64,000 nt of DNA from Eledone cirrhosa (Eukaryota). Numbering within the stretch: the first letter of the stretch is position 1; the number at the start of each line of letters is the position of its first letter. The stretch is taken from NCBI GenBank assembly GCA_964016885.1, contig OZ024742.1, positions 283,526,001 through 283,590,000 of the forward strand, read 5' to 3'. Positions 46,905 through 61,120 of the stretch are shown here, piece after piece. The notes under the pieces were generated by a model that was not told the origin of the DNA, ran no database searches, and was given only the letters and a program-made list of their open reading frames with translations. The position numbers and the translations under genes were made by a program.

Positions 46905-48149
46905 TATAAAGGGGAGATTACTCTTATGGCGCCGTGTGTCGCCACATCGCGTTCAAGGGTAATAGCTTTCTTTTTCTATTCCCTTTCAACGGGGAACAGA
47001 AAAAAAAGGAGTGCGAGGGAGGTTAAAGTATGAAAAGCAGAATTTTTCTGCTTGCTCTCTCGTCGTAGTTTGTTAAGGCAGTGGTGTTAGTTTTTTTCCC
47101 TTATTGAGAAGGGAACATGTAAAAGACAGATGCGAAGGAGTGTAAGGAAAAGCCGTACTAAACCAGTAAGCACGCTCTCAACATATCTTCTCCTGAAGCG
47201 TTGTTGTTTTTATTGTCTCGTGTAGCTGAGATCAAATGTATTTATGTATGTCAGTTGTTCACTGGGTCGCTCCAAAGGGTTTCGATTGCACAAATAATAA
47301 GAAACACTAGGCGCTACTCTATGAGCTCTCAAAGTAGATTATATCGACCGCAGTACTTGACTGGTACTTTATTTTATCGACCACGAACGTGTGGATGGAG
47401 ATTTTAGTGAGGGGTAGAGAGCTCGGCGAGATTCAAACATAGAACGTAAAGGGCCATAACTATATGCCGCAAAGCCAATCCACAACCATATATGAGATCA
47501 AGGACTTGCATATTCAAAGGACTTAAAGCTTTCAGACAGATTTAGACGAAAAATGGGTATTTAGTCAATTTGCAAGTTTGTGTTATTATTGATTCTGGTT
47601 TATTTCGTACGATTATTCAGTACTCAAGAGTATATACGGATATTTGGCAACCCTAATGTCACATCAAAGGTTCCTTTTTTTACTGCTTTTAAGACACAGA
47701 TTCAATCATTTGACCACTACCCAGAATTTTCTTTTTAACCAGTTCACACTTGGATCGAAAAGGAGCAACCATCTAAGTTTAATTTTTGTTATTAAAAATG
47801 TTAAGTTTCCATCCATTTATTCATTTCAATGTCTTAAAATTTATTTTTAGATATTTAAAATTATTTTTAAATAGTTACATAAAAACGTAAACTAGCACCT
47901 AATTTTTTGTTAGAATAAAGCTTCAATTCCGTAGTTGCTTTGAAAACCTTTGGCCGACAACGAATTGAAACAACGATCGATACCTGGAAAGCAGCTTCAA
48001 TTCAGCTGCATAATAGATCAGTCGGGAAAGATCGTGATATAATGAAAAGTTTAACTCATTGTATTGAAAGTTTGGTATGTCAAGTATTACCATTTCAAGT
48101 ATTACCATTTAGGTAACAAGATGAAACAGAAATTAAACAATAAAGTTAA

Positions 48150-49030
48150 TTTTCTGGCTATATGTGATTGTTTAGGGTCGCATTTATATTTCGTTGAGAA
48201 AAATGCCAACTGCGCATTTTCTGGACTTTCAAGTGATATTCAAAACAAGATCATTAATTGTATAGCTGCTACAATTGAATGTGAAATTAAGGCAATGATC
48301 GAAGAAACATCATTTGCTGCTGTTATGTTTGATGAGACTACGGATTTCCGAATGAAATCTGAATTCTCACGCGTTTTACGATTTGTTGATGAGAAGGAAA
48401 AGCCTCAAGAAAGGTTATCAGGATACGTTGATGTCAGTAAAGATAGGAGAGCTGAATCACTGACAGATGAAATTCGAAAATTTGTTAATGAATTCAACTG
48501 TGGTAAAAAGTTTATCATAAACTTATGATGGAGCGAGCCTGGTGGCTAGGCATTTGAACGGAGTGCAAGTAAAAAAAAAAAAAAAGATTGTTTGGTGTAA
48601 ACGTCAAATTTGTACATTGTTATGGGCATTCACTTAATTTAGTACTCTCTCAATCAGCTTTAAGTATTCGTGAATGTCGAATTTTCTTCCAAACTTTAAA
48701 AACATTTTAACTTTTTTCTCAAAGCCAACGGCTCGAATAACACTACTGGATGAAATCGCTGGAAGGCGATTTCCAAAGTTACCTGAGACATGTTGGAATT
48801 ATTCATCTCGACAAGTATCCATTTTCTCAAAAAAAATTACTTTCTTTCCAAGATAATTTCAACCATATTGGATGTCTATATAAATATGTTGGATTTGGAT
48901 GGATTGAAATGCAAGCTGAAATCAGTTTATACTGCAGATTTTGCAAAGCAAGCGTCCAAGACGTCGTAGACATAATACAGGAACTTGAACTAAATCAAAC
49001 TCTGGCAGAAGTAACAAAATTATTATGTAT
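48150..49030 (+). pseudogene. Decayed hAT-superfamily transposase (ZMYM/DUF4371-like)
   Basis: S-DIQN-II...FAAVMFDETTD...VLRFVD---ER; frameshifted YDGAS, FVHCYGHSLNLVL and L-ET-W motifs. Confidence 0.8.
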
Positions 49031-52000
49031 GTATGTTTTTAATGGAATATCTATGTAATTATACCTCTATCTATATATGTGAGTATATGTACTTTTGTAA
49101 TCTAAGAAAATTATGCGTTTTGGCTATATGTCAACATGCATTTATCTGAGTTTGATTACTTATATAGACCCACTTGAAAATATTTACTATTTTATATTTT
49201 ATGATGCATCATACACTATACTATATACAATGTACCATACTGCACTATATTATATTACATTATATTATATTATTATATTATTATAATTGGCGGTGAATTG
49301 GCAGTATGGGTCGGACGCCATGCTTTCCAGCATAGTTACGTCTCTTTAGAGTCTGAGTTCAAATCCCGCCGAGGTTAACTTTGCCTTTCATCCTTACGGG
49401 GTCGATAAAATAAAGTACCAGTAATGTACTGGGTAATTGCTGGCCTTGTGCCTAAAGTAGAAACAATTATATTATTATATTTTATTATCTTATTATAATT
49501 TACTTTACCTATCTATATTTATCCTAGTTATTTCCGTATATTTTATATTTCTTTATTTATATTCACTTTAAAACCCCATACAACACAACTCAACATATAA
49601 TTTTTACATCCCTTTTTAAACTTCGCTCCACCATCTACATTCAACTATCAATATAACAATCCCTTTTCTTCATAGGTTCTTCCTAGTAATTCTATTTTTA
49701 ACACCAACCATTTCTTTCAAAAAGTCAGGACCTTAACTAAAGTGAGTTATATTTCGTCTTAACATCATATGGCAAAACACCATTTGATTGGTTTGTTCTT
49801 CAGCTACCTCCAAATAAGGTCATAGAACTCAATTTACTATTGATTTTGAAAAAAAATGTTCATTGCTTTTGACAACGGCTGATGATATACACGTAGGTAA
49901 ATATATTCCTTATTTGATATTTTGTAACTAACCTTACATAGATCGATAACAAAATATCCGTACGATGTATTATCACCTAGAAACGATCGTAAAGCAGTGA
50001 AGTATATTCCTAATGACTTGAATTTTTATTTCATTGTTTTAACTTATATCATGACTCTGTTTTCCTTTTGATGTTTTGTTTTCCGGGATTTATTTTACCT
50101 ACAACATTTTCAACATATGGATTACATTGAGTTCTTCATGCAGACTAGACCCCACAACTAACTGTGGATATTTCTGTGTATGTATATATATATATATATA
50201 AGTAGAAGTGGTATTTAATTTGTTGGTTACCCTTGAAATATATATAATAAAATAAATAGTTTTATAAATATAGTTTCCATTTATTTAATATCATTGTATA
50301 TATATATATACACACACACATACACACACAATTTCATATTCTTATATACACATACATACATCTACGAATATATTCAGGGGAGATAACTGCAGTTGTTAAT
50401 TGAATAACAAGGGAAGTAACCTAGTAACTGACAATAGTAATAGCTAAAAATTCAAAATTAAACTTTATACCTGTGAACATAAGTTACTTTAATCAAAATA
50501 ATGGGAAAAGATTACTCAGGGACGTTATCTGCATGAAAAAAAATAAATGGAATTGGTTATGCTTACTATAATAAATATGTTAATATAAGAAAGGTAGCAT
50601 TAGGATGAACTACACCTGGGAAACCAAAGAAAAACTGAAGTAGAAAAATCGAGCTGAGAAAAGTGTATCTTACATAGAACAAGTCACAGAAGAATAAAGG
50701 GCCATTAACTCTTGCAGTTACAGGGAACCCTCTTGAGGCACGGTGTGCTTTAGGAATTTTAATTTATTGAAGACCATCCCTTTTCAGATCGGAACAGCTA
50801 ATTTCTTCGAAAGAACCAGCCCCAGTACTGGACTGGTACTCTATTTACCAACCTCAAAAGGCTAAAAGGCAAAGTTGACCTAGGCGAGATTTGAACTCAG
50901 AGCACAGAGACGAATACCACAAAGCATTCTATAACTCTGCCAATTCACCACCTTCCAAGTCAGAGAGAGTTGCTGAAAAAGTTAAAGCCTTATTTCCAAA
51001 TCGGGAAGAGGATTAATCTATAGTTATAACTTTTATTGAACCTTTTAACTAGCAATAGAAGTTTTATCACCATTAATACATAAATACAGACATGGCTGAG
51101 CAGTTAAGTTCACTTACAATCACCAGGTTCCAGATTCGATCCCACTGAATATCTTGGCTGTCTTTACCAAAGCCTCAGGTCGATCGAACCCTTGTGAATG
51201 AAATTAGGTAAGTGGAAATTATATGGAAGCCCAGCAGTTGGATTGCACATGTAATTCAAGTCTCCAACCGTCATATATTGTATCATGCTGATTCTGCCTT
51301 AAAATTAGGTTAGTGGTACACGTGCCTATGGAATCCTCACCTGCCCACATTTTAATCCACAGAGCCTAGTGGACTCATGATCATATGTTCGATTCCTTGA
51401 CCTGACAACACATTGTATTCTTATCAAAACGTTTTATGATAGGAAACCCCCTGAGATTCAACCTAGTAGGAGACCAGCTATTGCAGCATAAATGTTAATC
51501 ATAAATTTCAATACGTTTCAATTGATGAGTCAGACATCCAGTTGATCAAATGACTCACTGTAATCAACCAAAGATCCATTATCATCACATAAATACTGTT
51601 TCATCCAAAGATTCAAACAAAAAAATCTTGCAATTATTAATATTGTTTTCATGGAGTTGAAATTTAAAGAAAAATGAAAATCATTTTTTTATAAAATAAA
51701 ACATACAATGGTATATTCAATTAATTTCATACATTTTATTCTTTGTATTATACATGGAGGCGGTGAACTGAACATCGGACAGAATGTGTTGCAGCATTTG
51801 TTCCAGTTTTCTTTACTCTGAATTCAAATCCTGCCAAAGTCGACTTTGCCTTTTATCCTTTCAAGGTCAATAAATAAAGTACCTGTCCAGTACTGTGATC
51901 GATTCTTCTATATATCCCCCTCTCTCTCTCCCCAAAAAAAAATTGGCTGCATCTTGACCTGGAGAGGGACAGCACCCTTAAAACTCTTCCAGGAGTTACA

Positions 52001-52841
52001 GGGTTTTAAAACAAAATAATTTTACATATTTCTTATATTCATTTTCTTTCACACTTTATATATTTTCAAGATATTTTCATGAGTAAAAAGCCTTCAAAAG
52101 ACAATCATTAGATCAAATAGTTTTCCAAAATATACACATTGTTAGTAATTGATGGAAATAAAATTGTAATGATTGAACATTGTTTATAACCAGACTAAAT
52201 GTTAAGTTAACCCAAAGTAAATATATTGGAAATGCAAAAACATATTTCCAAATCATCAATGATTTGACAGTGAAGTTGCACAGCTTAGTAGTTAAATTCC
52301 AAGGGCAGTGCAATGTCCTTGAACCAGGTACTTATTTAACATGGCTTCAGTCCACTAGGCTGAGAAAAACCATACCAGTACCAGCTGGAGGGAGGGATTA
52401 ACCTTGCGATGGACTGGCGAAGTCTAAAAGAGTGGAGTGATTTTCACTCTCAATCGTTCAACGCCACTTCAACCTGGGATAAACTCCAGGCTGATGAGCT
52501 TTCTAGGGTCTAGAAAAAAGGATCTGACAATACATTTGTATTTACAAATTACATCATAACATTTGACCCAAGTTACATAGTTATAATGCTACATATTAAC
52601 ATAAGCAAAGGATCTCTGATTGGATCATAGATAAGTGCTTTGGAGGGTTCAAAAACAACAAATTTAACAAAAATATTCAAATTCTGTCAATGTTAATTTG
52701 AGATGGGGAAAATTTAATCTACTGAAAAAATGTAATATGGAAATAGTTCAAAATGGAAAAAGATATATTTATGAAATTTATGGATACTTTTTTTTTATAA
52801 AAAAATCTCTATTTGTAATGTCATGAAAAAAAACATTGCTC

Positions 52842-53086
52842 TAACCCTTTTGATACCAAATCACTTGAAATCACCTTTGGTTCTACAATACTAAACTGCT
52901 TGTTTATCTAAAATCCTTTCTTTGTAATTTTATATAAGAACTTTTAAGTTATGTTCCAAACACCAGCTTAATGATAAGAAAGTTAAGCTATATTACTAAG
53001 TCCCTCTAAATTATTGGTTATTTTCAAAATGATTTAAAAATCAGAGGCAGAGTCTTTCATTAAAAATATGGTGATGGAAGGGTTAA
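52842..53086. mobile_element. MITE with (T)TAA-CCCTT...AAGGG-TTAA ends (piggyBac-like); related copy at ~63158-63405
   Basis: taacccttttgatacc ... ggtgatggaagggttaa; internal blocks shared with 63158-63405. Confidence 0.55.
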
Positions 53087-54379
53087 ATTGGCTATATTTA
53101 TCTAAAAAAAAAAGCTTCCATCATAATCTTATATAAGAAGCTCCAAACATCAGATATATAGTGAGAAAATTATTTTACTAAATCTTTCCAAATTCTTGAT
53201 ATTTTCAAAATTATATAAAAAGTATAAGCAGTATGAAATACAAAAGGGTTAACAGTTCAAAAATGAAAAAATATTCCCTAAACTGATTCAAATAAAATTT
53301 CACAAAAACGCTTTAAACACTACTTTCACTCATTTTTTTTCCATAGATATCATCTGTATGAATGTTTATGAGATATTAATATACAATTAAAATATTATAC
53401 TGTGTATATCACAGTAGTTTATCAACTATATGAATGTTTGTGGCGAAAGACCAAATCAAACGTCTGTTCTAAATATATCTTTTACCACAGATATCATAAT
53501 GTCATTCTTCTCAAGCTGAATGGAAGCCACTGATTTGGTAGAGTGAATATCATCGGAAATCAAGTCTCTAGGTTATCTAGATTTACAGAGACTGTACAAT
53601 TGTTGAGGAGTAAGTTGTTTACTACTGTTTCCATTCTTATCTTTGAGATGTTGAGAGAAAGAACAGAGAGCAATGGGTTAGTACTCAGCAAAATTGGATG
53701 TAGCTGATTGTTTCAGAGTGAACCTTATTGGGTTGAAGCAATCAGATTTTCATTTTCAAACATGATAACTATGTGTATGATGTTCTAAAACAATGTGAAG
53801 TGATGTAAGCAACAAATGTGGAGGATTTTACTGCAAATGTTCTGCTATAAAAGAACCAACTTCATGAGGATTCCAGCTAATCAGTAGGGACCCTTATTGG
53901 CAAGGAACCAGATGGCATGATTGCAGTTTGGAAGGCAAAAGAGCACAACGGCAACCTTTACTTTTCTGAATAGTCCCAGAAATGTGATTATTGTTATTGT
54001 TGTTGGTGGAGGTGGTGGTGGTGGTGGTGGTGGAGGTAATTGTTTTAGGTTTTAAAGGTAGTGCTCTTTTGTTTGTGCAACATAGCTGTCACATTTGGGG
54101 AATTTTAGCTTATAGAATTTGGTCATGTGAAAGAAGTGAAGGGACATGCTCATGAGGTTAGTTTCGGTCATTTACTTACACAATCTGAGGTGAAGTACAT
54201 AATTTTACCAGTAGTAACCTTAAAACTATTAAGTGTTGGCTATATTCGATATGCTTAGTTAACAACATAAGTTTAGCTGTATATTTCAGAAGAGAAAATA
54301 GTTACAGGCTTAATGTACTGCAAAAATGGACAGCAGCTACCACATTGCAACAGATATCAATGATCTATCTCCAATATGA

Positions 54380-56134
54380 TTATTCCATTGTGTGAACATG
54401 TTGGTGAATACTTAAAGCAGTTTTATGTGAGAATTCTTTACCACAGATATTACAACAGAATGATGTCTCCTCTGTGTGAGTACGTTGGTGACGAGTCAAA
54501 ATTATACTGGCAGAGAATGTTTTACCACAGATATCACATGGAAAGGATTTTTCTCCTGTGTGAATACGTTTGTGAATTGTCAAATACACATTTCGGGAAA
54601 ATGTCTTACCACATATCTCACATGGATATGGTTTCTCACCAGTGTGAACAAGTTTGTGCCTAACTATATATCTCTTCCTTGCAAATATTTTACCACAGAT
54701 ATCACATTCGTAAGGTTTCTCACCAGTGTGAAGATGTTTGTGGAGAGTTAACTCTTCACGTACAGAAAATGCTTTACCACATATATCACAGTGGTAGGGT
54801 TTCTTCCCTGTGTGGATATGTTTGTGCCTAACTAAGTATCTCTTCAGTGAGAATATTTTACCACAGACATCACACTGGTGTATTTTCTCAGTGTGAATTT
54901 CTTTATGAGATGTTAGATTATCCATTAGGGCGAATGTTTTACCACAGACATCACACTGGTATGGCTTCACAACAGTATGAATACGTTTATGGCGAGATAA
55001 ATCTCCACTTATGGAGAATGCTTTGCCACAGACATCACAGTGGTATGGTTTCTCTCCTGTGTGAATACTTCGATGATTATTTAAATGCGCATTCTGTGAG
55101 AATGCTTTATGACAGACTTCACACTCATAAGGCTTCTCATTTGAATGAATGCGTTTATGAGAAGTTAAATTTCCAGTTGTTGAGAATGTTTTACCACAAA
55201 TATTACACTCATATGGTCTCTCACCAGTGTGTTTACGTTTATGACAAGTTAAATTTGCACTTCCAGAAAATGCTTTACCACAAACATCACATGAGTATGG
55301 TTTTTCTCCTGTGTGAATTCGTGTATGACGTTTCAAGTAATCTTTCCGAGAAAATGTCTTACCACAGATAGCACAGTGGAATGGTTTCTCTCCTGAGTGA
55401 ATAAGTTTGTGAGAAGTCAAATACCCACTTTGAGTAAAGGTCTTACCACATACATCACATTCATATGGCTTCTCGTTTGTGTGAATACGTTTATGTATAA
55501 CTAATGTTTTGCCTGTAGAAAATGTTTTATTACAAACATCACATTCATGACGTTTCTCATTTAAGTGAACTCGTTTATGATTAACCAATGATTTACTTTT
55601 AACAAAAGCTTTACTACATATATTGCAACGGTATGGCTTCTTTTCTGTGTGATTACGTTTATGAGCAGCTAATTTCGAAAGTGCTTTGTATGTTTTGCCA
55701 CAGATATCACAATGGAATGCATTTTCGGCTGTATGTATACGACTGTGGCGATTTAAATTGTTTTTCTGAGAGAACGTTTTATTGCAGACACTACATTGAT
55801 GTGGTTTCTCTCCTGTGTGTGACGATTTATGACGATTTAATTTCGAACGAACAGTGAATAGTTTACCACAGATATCACAGTGATATGGTTTTTTATCTGT
55901 GTGTGTATGTTTGTGATTTGTCAAACTTTCAACATCAGAGAATATAAGTAAACATATCTCACAGGTGTATAATTTCTTTGTTAAGTCTAACTGTTTCTCC
56001 AGAGTGGATTCTTTCTTCTCAGATTTTATTTCACGGGTTAAATTTCTATTGCCAGATTTTGCCATACGAGGTAAGTTTATTTTTTCAGGTTTTGCTTCAT
56101 CAGAAACCTCCCTCTTACAAATAATTTCTGCCAT
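54380..56134 (-). CDS. Tandem C2H2 zinc-finger protein, 584 aa, 19 fingers, single coding exon, no recognisable effector domain
   Basis: 19 CxxC-x12-HxxxH repeats with TGEKPY-type linkers; splice acceptor ttttattttattatttcag upstream (exon starts at 56271). Confidence 0.96.
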   Translation of the reverse strand: MAEIICKREVSDEAKPEKINLPRMAKSGNRNLTREIKSEKKESTLEKQLDLTKKLYTCEICLLIFSDVESLTNHKHTHTDKKPYHCDICGKLFTVRSKLNRHKSSHTGEKPHQCSVCNKTFSQKNNLNRHSRIHTAENAFHCDICGKTYKALSKLAAHKRNHTEKKPYRCNICSKAFVKSKSLVNHKRVHLNEKRHECDVCNKTFSTGKTLVIHKRIHTNEKPYECDVCGKTFTQSGYLTSHKLIHSGEKPFHCAICGKTFSRKDYLKRHTRIHTGEKPYSCDVCGKAFSGSANLTCHKRKHTGERPYECNICGKTFSTTGNLTSHKRIHSNEKPYECEVCHKAFSQNAHLNNHRSIHTGEKPYHCDVCGKAFSISGDLSRHKRIHTVVKPYQCDVCGKTFALMDNLTSHKEIHTEKIHQCDVCGKIFSLKRYLVRHKHIHTGKKPYHCDICGKAFSVREELTLHKHLHTGEKPYECDICGKIFARKRYIVRHKLVHTGEKPYPCEICGKTFSRNVYLTIHKRIHTGEKSFPCDICGKTFSASIILTRHQRTHTEETSFCCNICGKEFSHKTALSIHQHVHTME

Positions 56135-56329
56135 AATATTGTCTGTTGTTTATTAAATGCAAGCGTAAATCTTTTCTTTATAAATACATCAACTACTTCA
56201 AAGTTATATATATGTCACATGTCTTCTTGATATTGTCATTCTTCATTAATGTATCACTGGTGACAAATTCCCTGAAATAATAAAATAAAACAGTCTAAGA
56301 TATCAAGGATAATGAAATGTTAACAGAGG

Positions 56330-56620
56330 ATGATTGGAATAGAGCCAGTGATGGATTTTGTGGAAAAAATGGAATGAGATGTCAAGATCATGTGTTGAGG
56401 AAGGATGAAAGTGACTGGGAGAAAGGAGTGATAGAAATCAATGTGGAAGGAAGTGAAGGAAGAGCAAGACCAAGAAAGACATGGCTAAATATGATTGAGA
56501 AGGAAATGAAAGCCAAGGGGTTGCAAAAGATAGGGCAAAATGGAAAAGTTTGTCATTGGGTCTGCAAGTCTAACCTCTGCTTTAGCTGGGAAAATGGCCT
56601 TAAAACATATATTGTTGAAA
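56330..56620 (+). mobile_element. Old RTE-like 3' fragment (similar relic at ~58270-58610)
   Basis: HVLRKDE-DW----E--VEG---R-RPRKTW motif. Confidence 0.6.
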
Positions 56621-57305
56621 TGTTAAGAGTGAGTTTATTGAAGAGAGATCAAAAAGGTGACAAAAAATTTAAAGATACAATTGTATAAACATGAAGGGTA
56701 ATTATAACAATAGTGAATTGGTGGAATCACTAAAAGTAAATACAGAAAATACTTTGAATAGAGATGTCTCTTTTAGCCTACTGTAGGCAAGTCAACCTCT
56801 CTAGTATTGATGTCATGATGGAATGTACTCAGTATCTCCTGTAAAGTAGTAATGATAAACAGACTAAGACAACCTCTCTAGTGTTTGTGCCATGACAAAA
56901 AGCACCCAGTACACATTGTAAGTGACCAAACAGACAATATAGGGTAGAGAGGTGTCTTCAACCATTCTGTGCCATGATAAAATGCACCCAGTACACTCTG
57001 TAAAATAGTGGTGCTGGTTCCACAATAAAATATACTAAGTGGTAGTGCTAGTGCCATGAATGAAGTACATATGAAAAAAAAACATTTTAATAACAGAATT
57101 GGCAACCATCAGGTTACAGCATTAGTTTATTTAGTTTGTTTTGATTGAAACCTTTGTGATAATTTTAATTTTTTTATCAACAGAAGTTAAAATAATATTG
57201 TATTTTTTTTAGGTAAAATAAGGAATTTTAGAAACTAACTACAGTTTAGTGTCTCTGTATGTATACTATACATAAACATATTGTTTATGCTTTCATATAC
57301 ACTCT

Positions 57306-57647
57306 GGAGGCATATGGCTTAGTGGTTAGAGCATTGGCCTTGCAATCGAAAGATTGTGAGTTCAATTCTCAGACCGGGTGATGTGTTGTTTCCTTGAGCA
57401 AGACACTTTATTTCACATTGCTCCAGTTTACTCAGCTGTAGAAATGAGATGATAGGGACTGGGGTCCATATCATTCCACTGTAAAGTGGTCATGGAGGTG
57501 CCACGGCAAAAAAGCACCCAGCACGCACTGTAAATGAGGTTGGTGTTAGGAAGGGCATCTAGCTGTAGAAATCAAGCCAGAATCAGTTCCCGTCCCACCC
57601 TTGCAAGCAGGGAAAAGCGGACATAAAATGATGATGATGATGATGAT
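57306..57647 (+). mobile_element. tRNA-derived SINE of a second family with an (ATG)n tail
   Basis: tggcttagtggttaga A box, gagttcaattc B box, ccttgagcaagacact core, atgatgatg tail. Confidence 0.75.
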
Positions 57648-59589
57648 ACACCTCTATTTCTTAATAATGTATAATTTTTAAAGAAATTTTGTAGATGCAT
57701 TTTTAAACGTACAGATTACAATTATGTTGAACTAAAAACAAAATTTCTTTATGCAACTCCGTTGTAGAAATGATATTGCATTTATTTTTAAATCTATGAC
57801 ATTAACCCGATTGATAATATTCATTATCAACATGAAATACAAATTTACAGCTCACCTCTGCAGTTTGAGCTGACCTATAAATTATGTCTTAAGGTAGTTT
57901 CTTGGGTGTTTCAATAATAGGAGCCCCAGTTATATCATGAAAAGCCTCATTAAATGAAGCAGCTTGTTCAAGAGCATAAAGTGCAGCCCAATCCAGGAAT
58001 AAAATCAACAACCTTATGACCATGAGTCCAATACCCTAATCACCACGTTTTGTACCTTCACATGATATTGGAAGGAATGATGAAAAGATTTCCAAGTTTA
58101 CATTTAGCCTACTATAGATAGTTTAAAAGCATACAGCAAACTATAAATAAAGTATTAAAATATTTAAATTAGGTTTTTATATTATCAGCATTAGAGTTAG
58201 ATAGAGGCAAAATTCCAGGCATGGAAGAAAAACTTAAAATTGTAAGACTTAAACGTTAACCTAACAAAGTCTAAAGTCTTCATAAGAAAGACAAGAAGCC
58301 ATTACCATCAGGGAAGTGGCCTAGCTCAATGAGTCAAAAAGGGGTGGGCAGAAACTCAATAAAGTGCACATAGTGTAATCTATGGATACATAAGAGATAT
58401 AGAGGGTAGACTGATGCCTGCATATGAACTGCAATGTTGCATGGCAGCAGGATAAGGGCCTTGACTTCAGAAGACCTGCAAAGGCGAGAAAGAAATGAAG
58501 CAAGTATGCTCAGATGGATATGTAATGTCAGTGTGCATGAACATAGCATAAATTTGGTATAAAAGAAATTGGATGCAGTGTGCAAGACTACGCTGATATG
58601 GACATATGATGCATATGGAAAATAAAGGCTGTACGAAGAAATGCAGAGAAATCTTAGTGGTCTTTACTACCTCATCTCTTGTGTTTAACAAAGCTAGCCT
58701 TTTCTTTGAATTACAGTTACAATCCAACTGATGGGCCTCCAAACAGTTTCCATCTACTCAATTTCACTCACAAGTCATGAGTCAAACTTGAGGCAATGGT
58801 AAATGACATTGGCCTAACATACCTCACAGTGGGATCCAACTCAGAACTGTATTTACACTCATAAACTAAAATGACTAAAGAATTTTAAAAGGAAAATGCT
58901 TCCAATGTGTATCAATATGTAATTGTATAAAATATATATTTAACAACGATAGTTGTAACTCTATTATCAGATTCTTTTTGTGAATCTTTTGTCAGACTGA
59001 TGTCAATTCTTTTCTCACTATTGTTTTTCTGTCTGTCTCCTCTGTTCTATCAGAATCAGCAATAGTGCGCCATGAGAGGGGTAGTAGGAAACCACACACA
59101 GTGTATCTCTCACCAGTAATGGAAAAGGGTTGAACATAGGGCTAGCAACCTCTTCTCATGCTACCACAAACTCATACCATTACAGAAATACAGATATAAA
59201 GACAAGACAATGAACAAAAAAGAAATGTCAAGCTGTTTCTTGTTTCATTGCCTATATAGGAACAATCTGGTTAACCATTCTTATATTGGATTAAACACTG
59301 CTATCCTTTTGGAGTGGTGGTTGATCTAATGGGTGACTTGATCTAAGGTAGTGAGTTGAAACGAAAGTAATTATACCATGAAAGTCATTTCAGTCATTCA
59401 AAAACACATCTCAACTTAAACTCACATTACAAAGTTTCTTTTTACGAAAACATCCGTTTTGGGTTTAGATAGAAATTTTTTTTCTCATTTTTTCCAGTGT
59501 TTTTAACAAAATGACCTCTAAACCCATTGGATATATCTTGTTTTTCAGATATCAGAGGTGGAAGAATATTTCTAAAAATTCAAATCCCT

Positions 59590-61120
59590 TTATTTGACAT
59601 GGAGCTGATCACAACAGCATTTTCGGATGTACACGAGGTGCATCTGGGAGCAGTGACTAATCTCTCAGAGACTATGGTCAAAAGAACAGTTAAAGAGCTC
59701 AAATGTAGCAAGGCCACTGGGGAAGATGAAATCTGGCCCAAGATGATAAAAGCCTTAAATAGAGAAGGTATTCTCTGGCTGACTCATGTGTGCCAGGTGG
59801 CCTGGGTCTCTGGAAAGGTAGCTAAACAATGGCAATCGGGAGTGATAATCCCAATTTTCAAAAAGGGAAATTGTTCCAATAACAGAGTCTCCCCAGTAAA
59901 GTCTATGCTAAGTGTCTGGCAAAGATATGCAGTGCGATTGTCAAGTCCAAGCTAGCCCCACACACAGCACAGCCAACCAAATATTCACACTGTGGCAGGT
60001 CTTCGAGAAACGTGGGAGTATTGCCAAGAGGTATATTCTTGTTTTGTGGACCTTGAAAAGGCATATGACAGTGATCCCCAGGACCTGCTGCGGAAGGTTC
60101 TGCAGGAGTATGGGATCGATGGTCAGCTTCATGCTGCCCTGATGTCGCTATACAAAGCCCAAGTATTTGTGTTCAGATAAATGGTGCTAAATCAAGATCA
60201 TTCAATGTGGGAGTCGGATTCCGCCAAGGGTGCATACTGTCACCTCTCCTGTTCCTTATTTACACGAACAGGATTGACATGTGCAGCCAGGTTGGAAGTA
60301 GTATCATGACTGGTGGGTGTAAAATCAGTTTGAAGGTGACATAGTGCTACTTAACTCGACAGAAGGTGATGCTCAACTTGCACTTGATAAGTTTGATGCC
60401 GAGTGCTGCAGGGCTGGAATGAAAATTAGTGCTGTGAAAACCGAGACACTCATCCTTTCAAAGAAGCCTGTGCAGTGCACTCTACATGTGAATGGACTTC
60501 CACTGAAGCAGGTAGAGAAGTTCAAGTATCTTGGGGCTGTGTTCACGAGTGAAGGAAGGCAGGAGGCTGAATTAAGTGCAAAACATGGAGGAGCTAGTGC
60601 AGTATGCGCCAGCTTCAGCATTCAGTAATCAGAAGGGAGGTAGGCATAAAAGCCAAACTCACTCTCTTCAATTCGGAATTCGTGCCAACACTTACCTATG
60701 GTCATGTATCTTGGGTAATGACCGAAAAAATACGATCGCAAATACAAGTGGGCGAAATGGGGTTACTCCAAAGGGTCTTTGGAGTAACATTACTTGATGG
60801 AGTGCATAGCTCGAATGTCAGAGAATCGCTCCAAGTAGATCTGCTACTTCTCTGAATTGAGAGATCACAGCTCCGATACTATGGGCATGTGGTTAGAATG
60901 TCTTAGGAAAGAATCGTTGGACAGATTTTACAGGCAAAACCAACCGGCAGGAGACCCAGGGGTAGACCCCGAGCATGATGGTTGGGTAACATCCATGAAC
61001 TTGGCTGTTCGCTTGGGGATCCAGTTGGATCAGCTGGAGACGGTTGCTTCTGACAGAACCCGTAAGGAGTTTGAGAACTCTGATGCCACGACCCTCTCAG
61101 GAATAGTGAGCGAAGAGAAG
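59590..61120 (+). pseudogene. Decayed RTE-clade LINE reverse transcriptase
   Basis: KATGEDEI, W----IIPIFKKG, CFVDLEKAYD, G-RQGC-LSPLLF, VEKFKYLG, PTLTYG and RY-GHV-RM across frameshifts. Confidence 0.88.

Noticed and set aside
54376-55857. Plus-strand ORFs overlapping the ZNF gene
   Set aside because: Antisense shadows of the periodic zinc-finger codons
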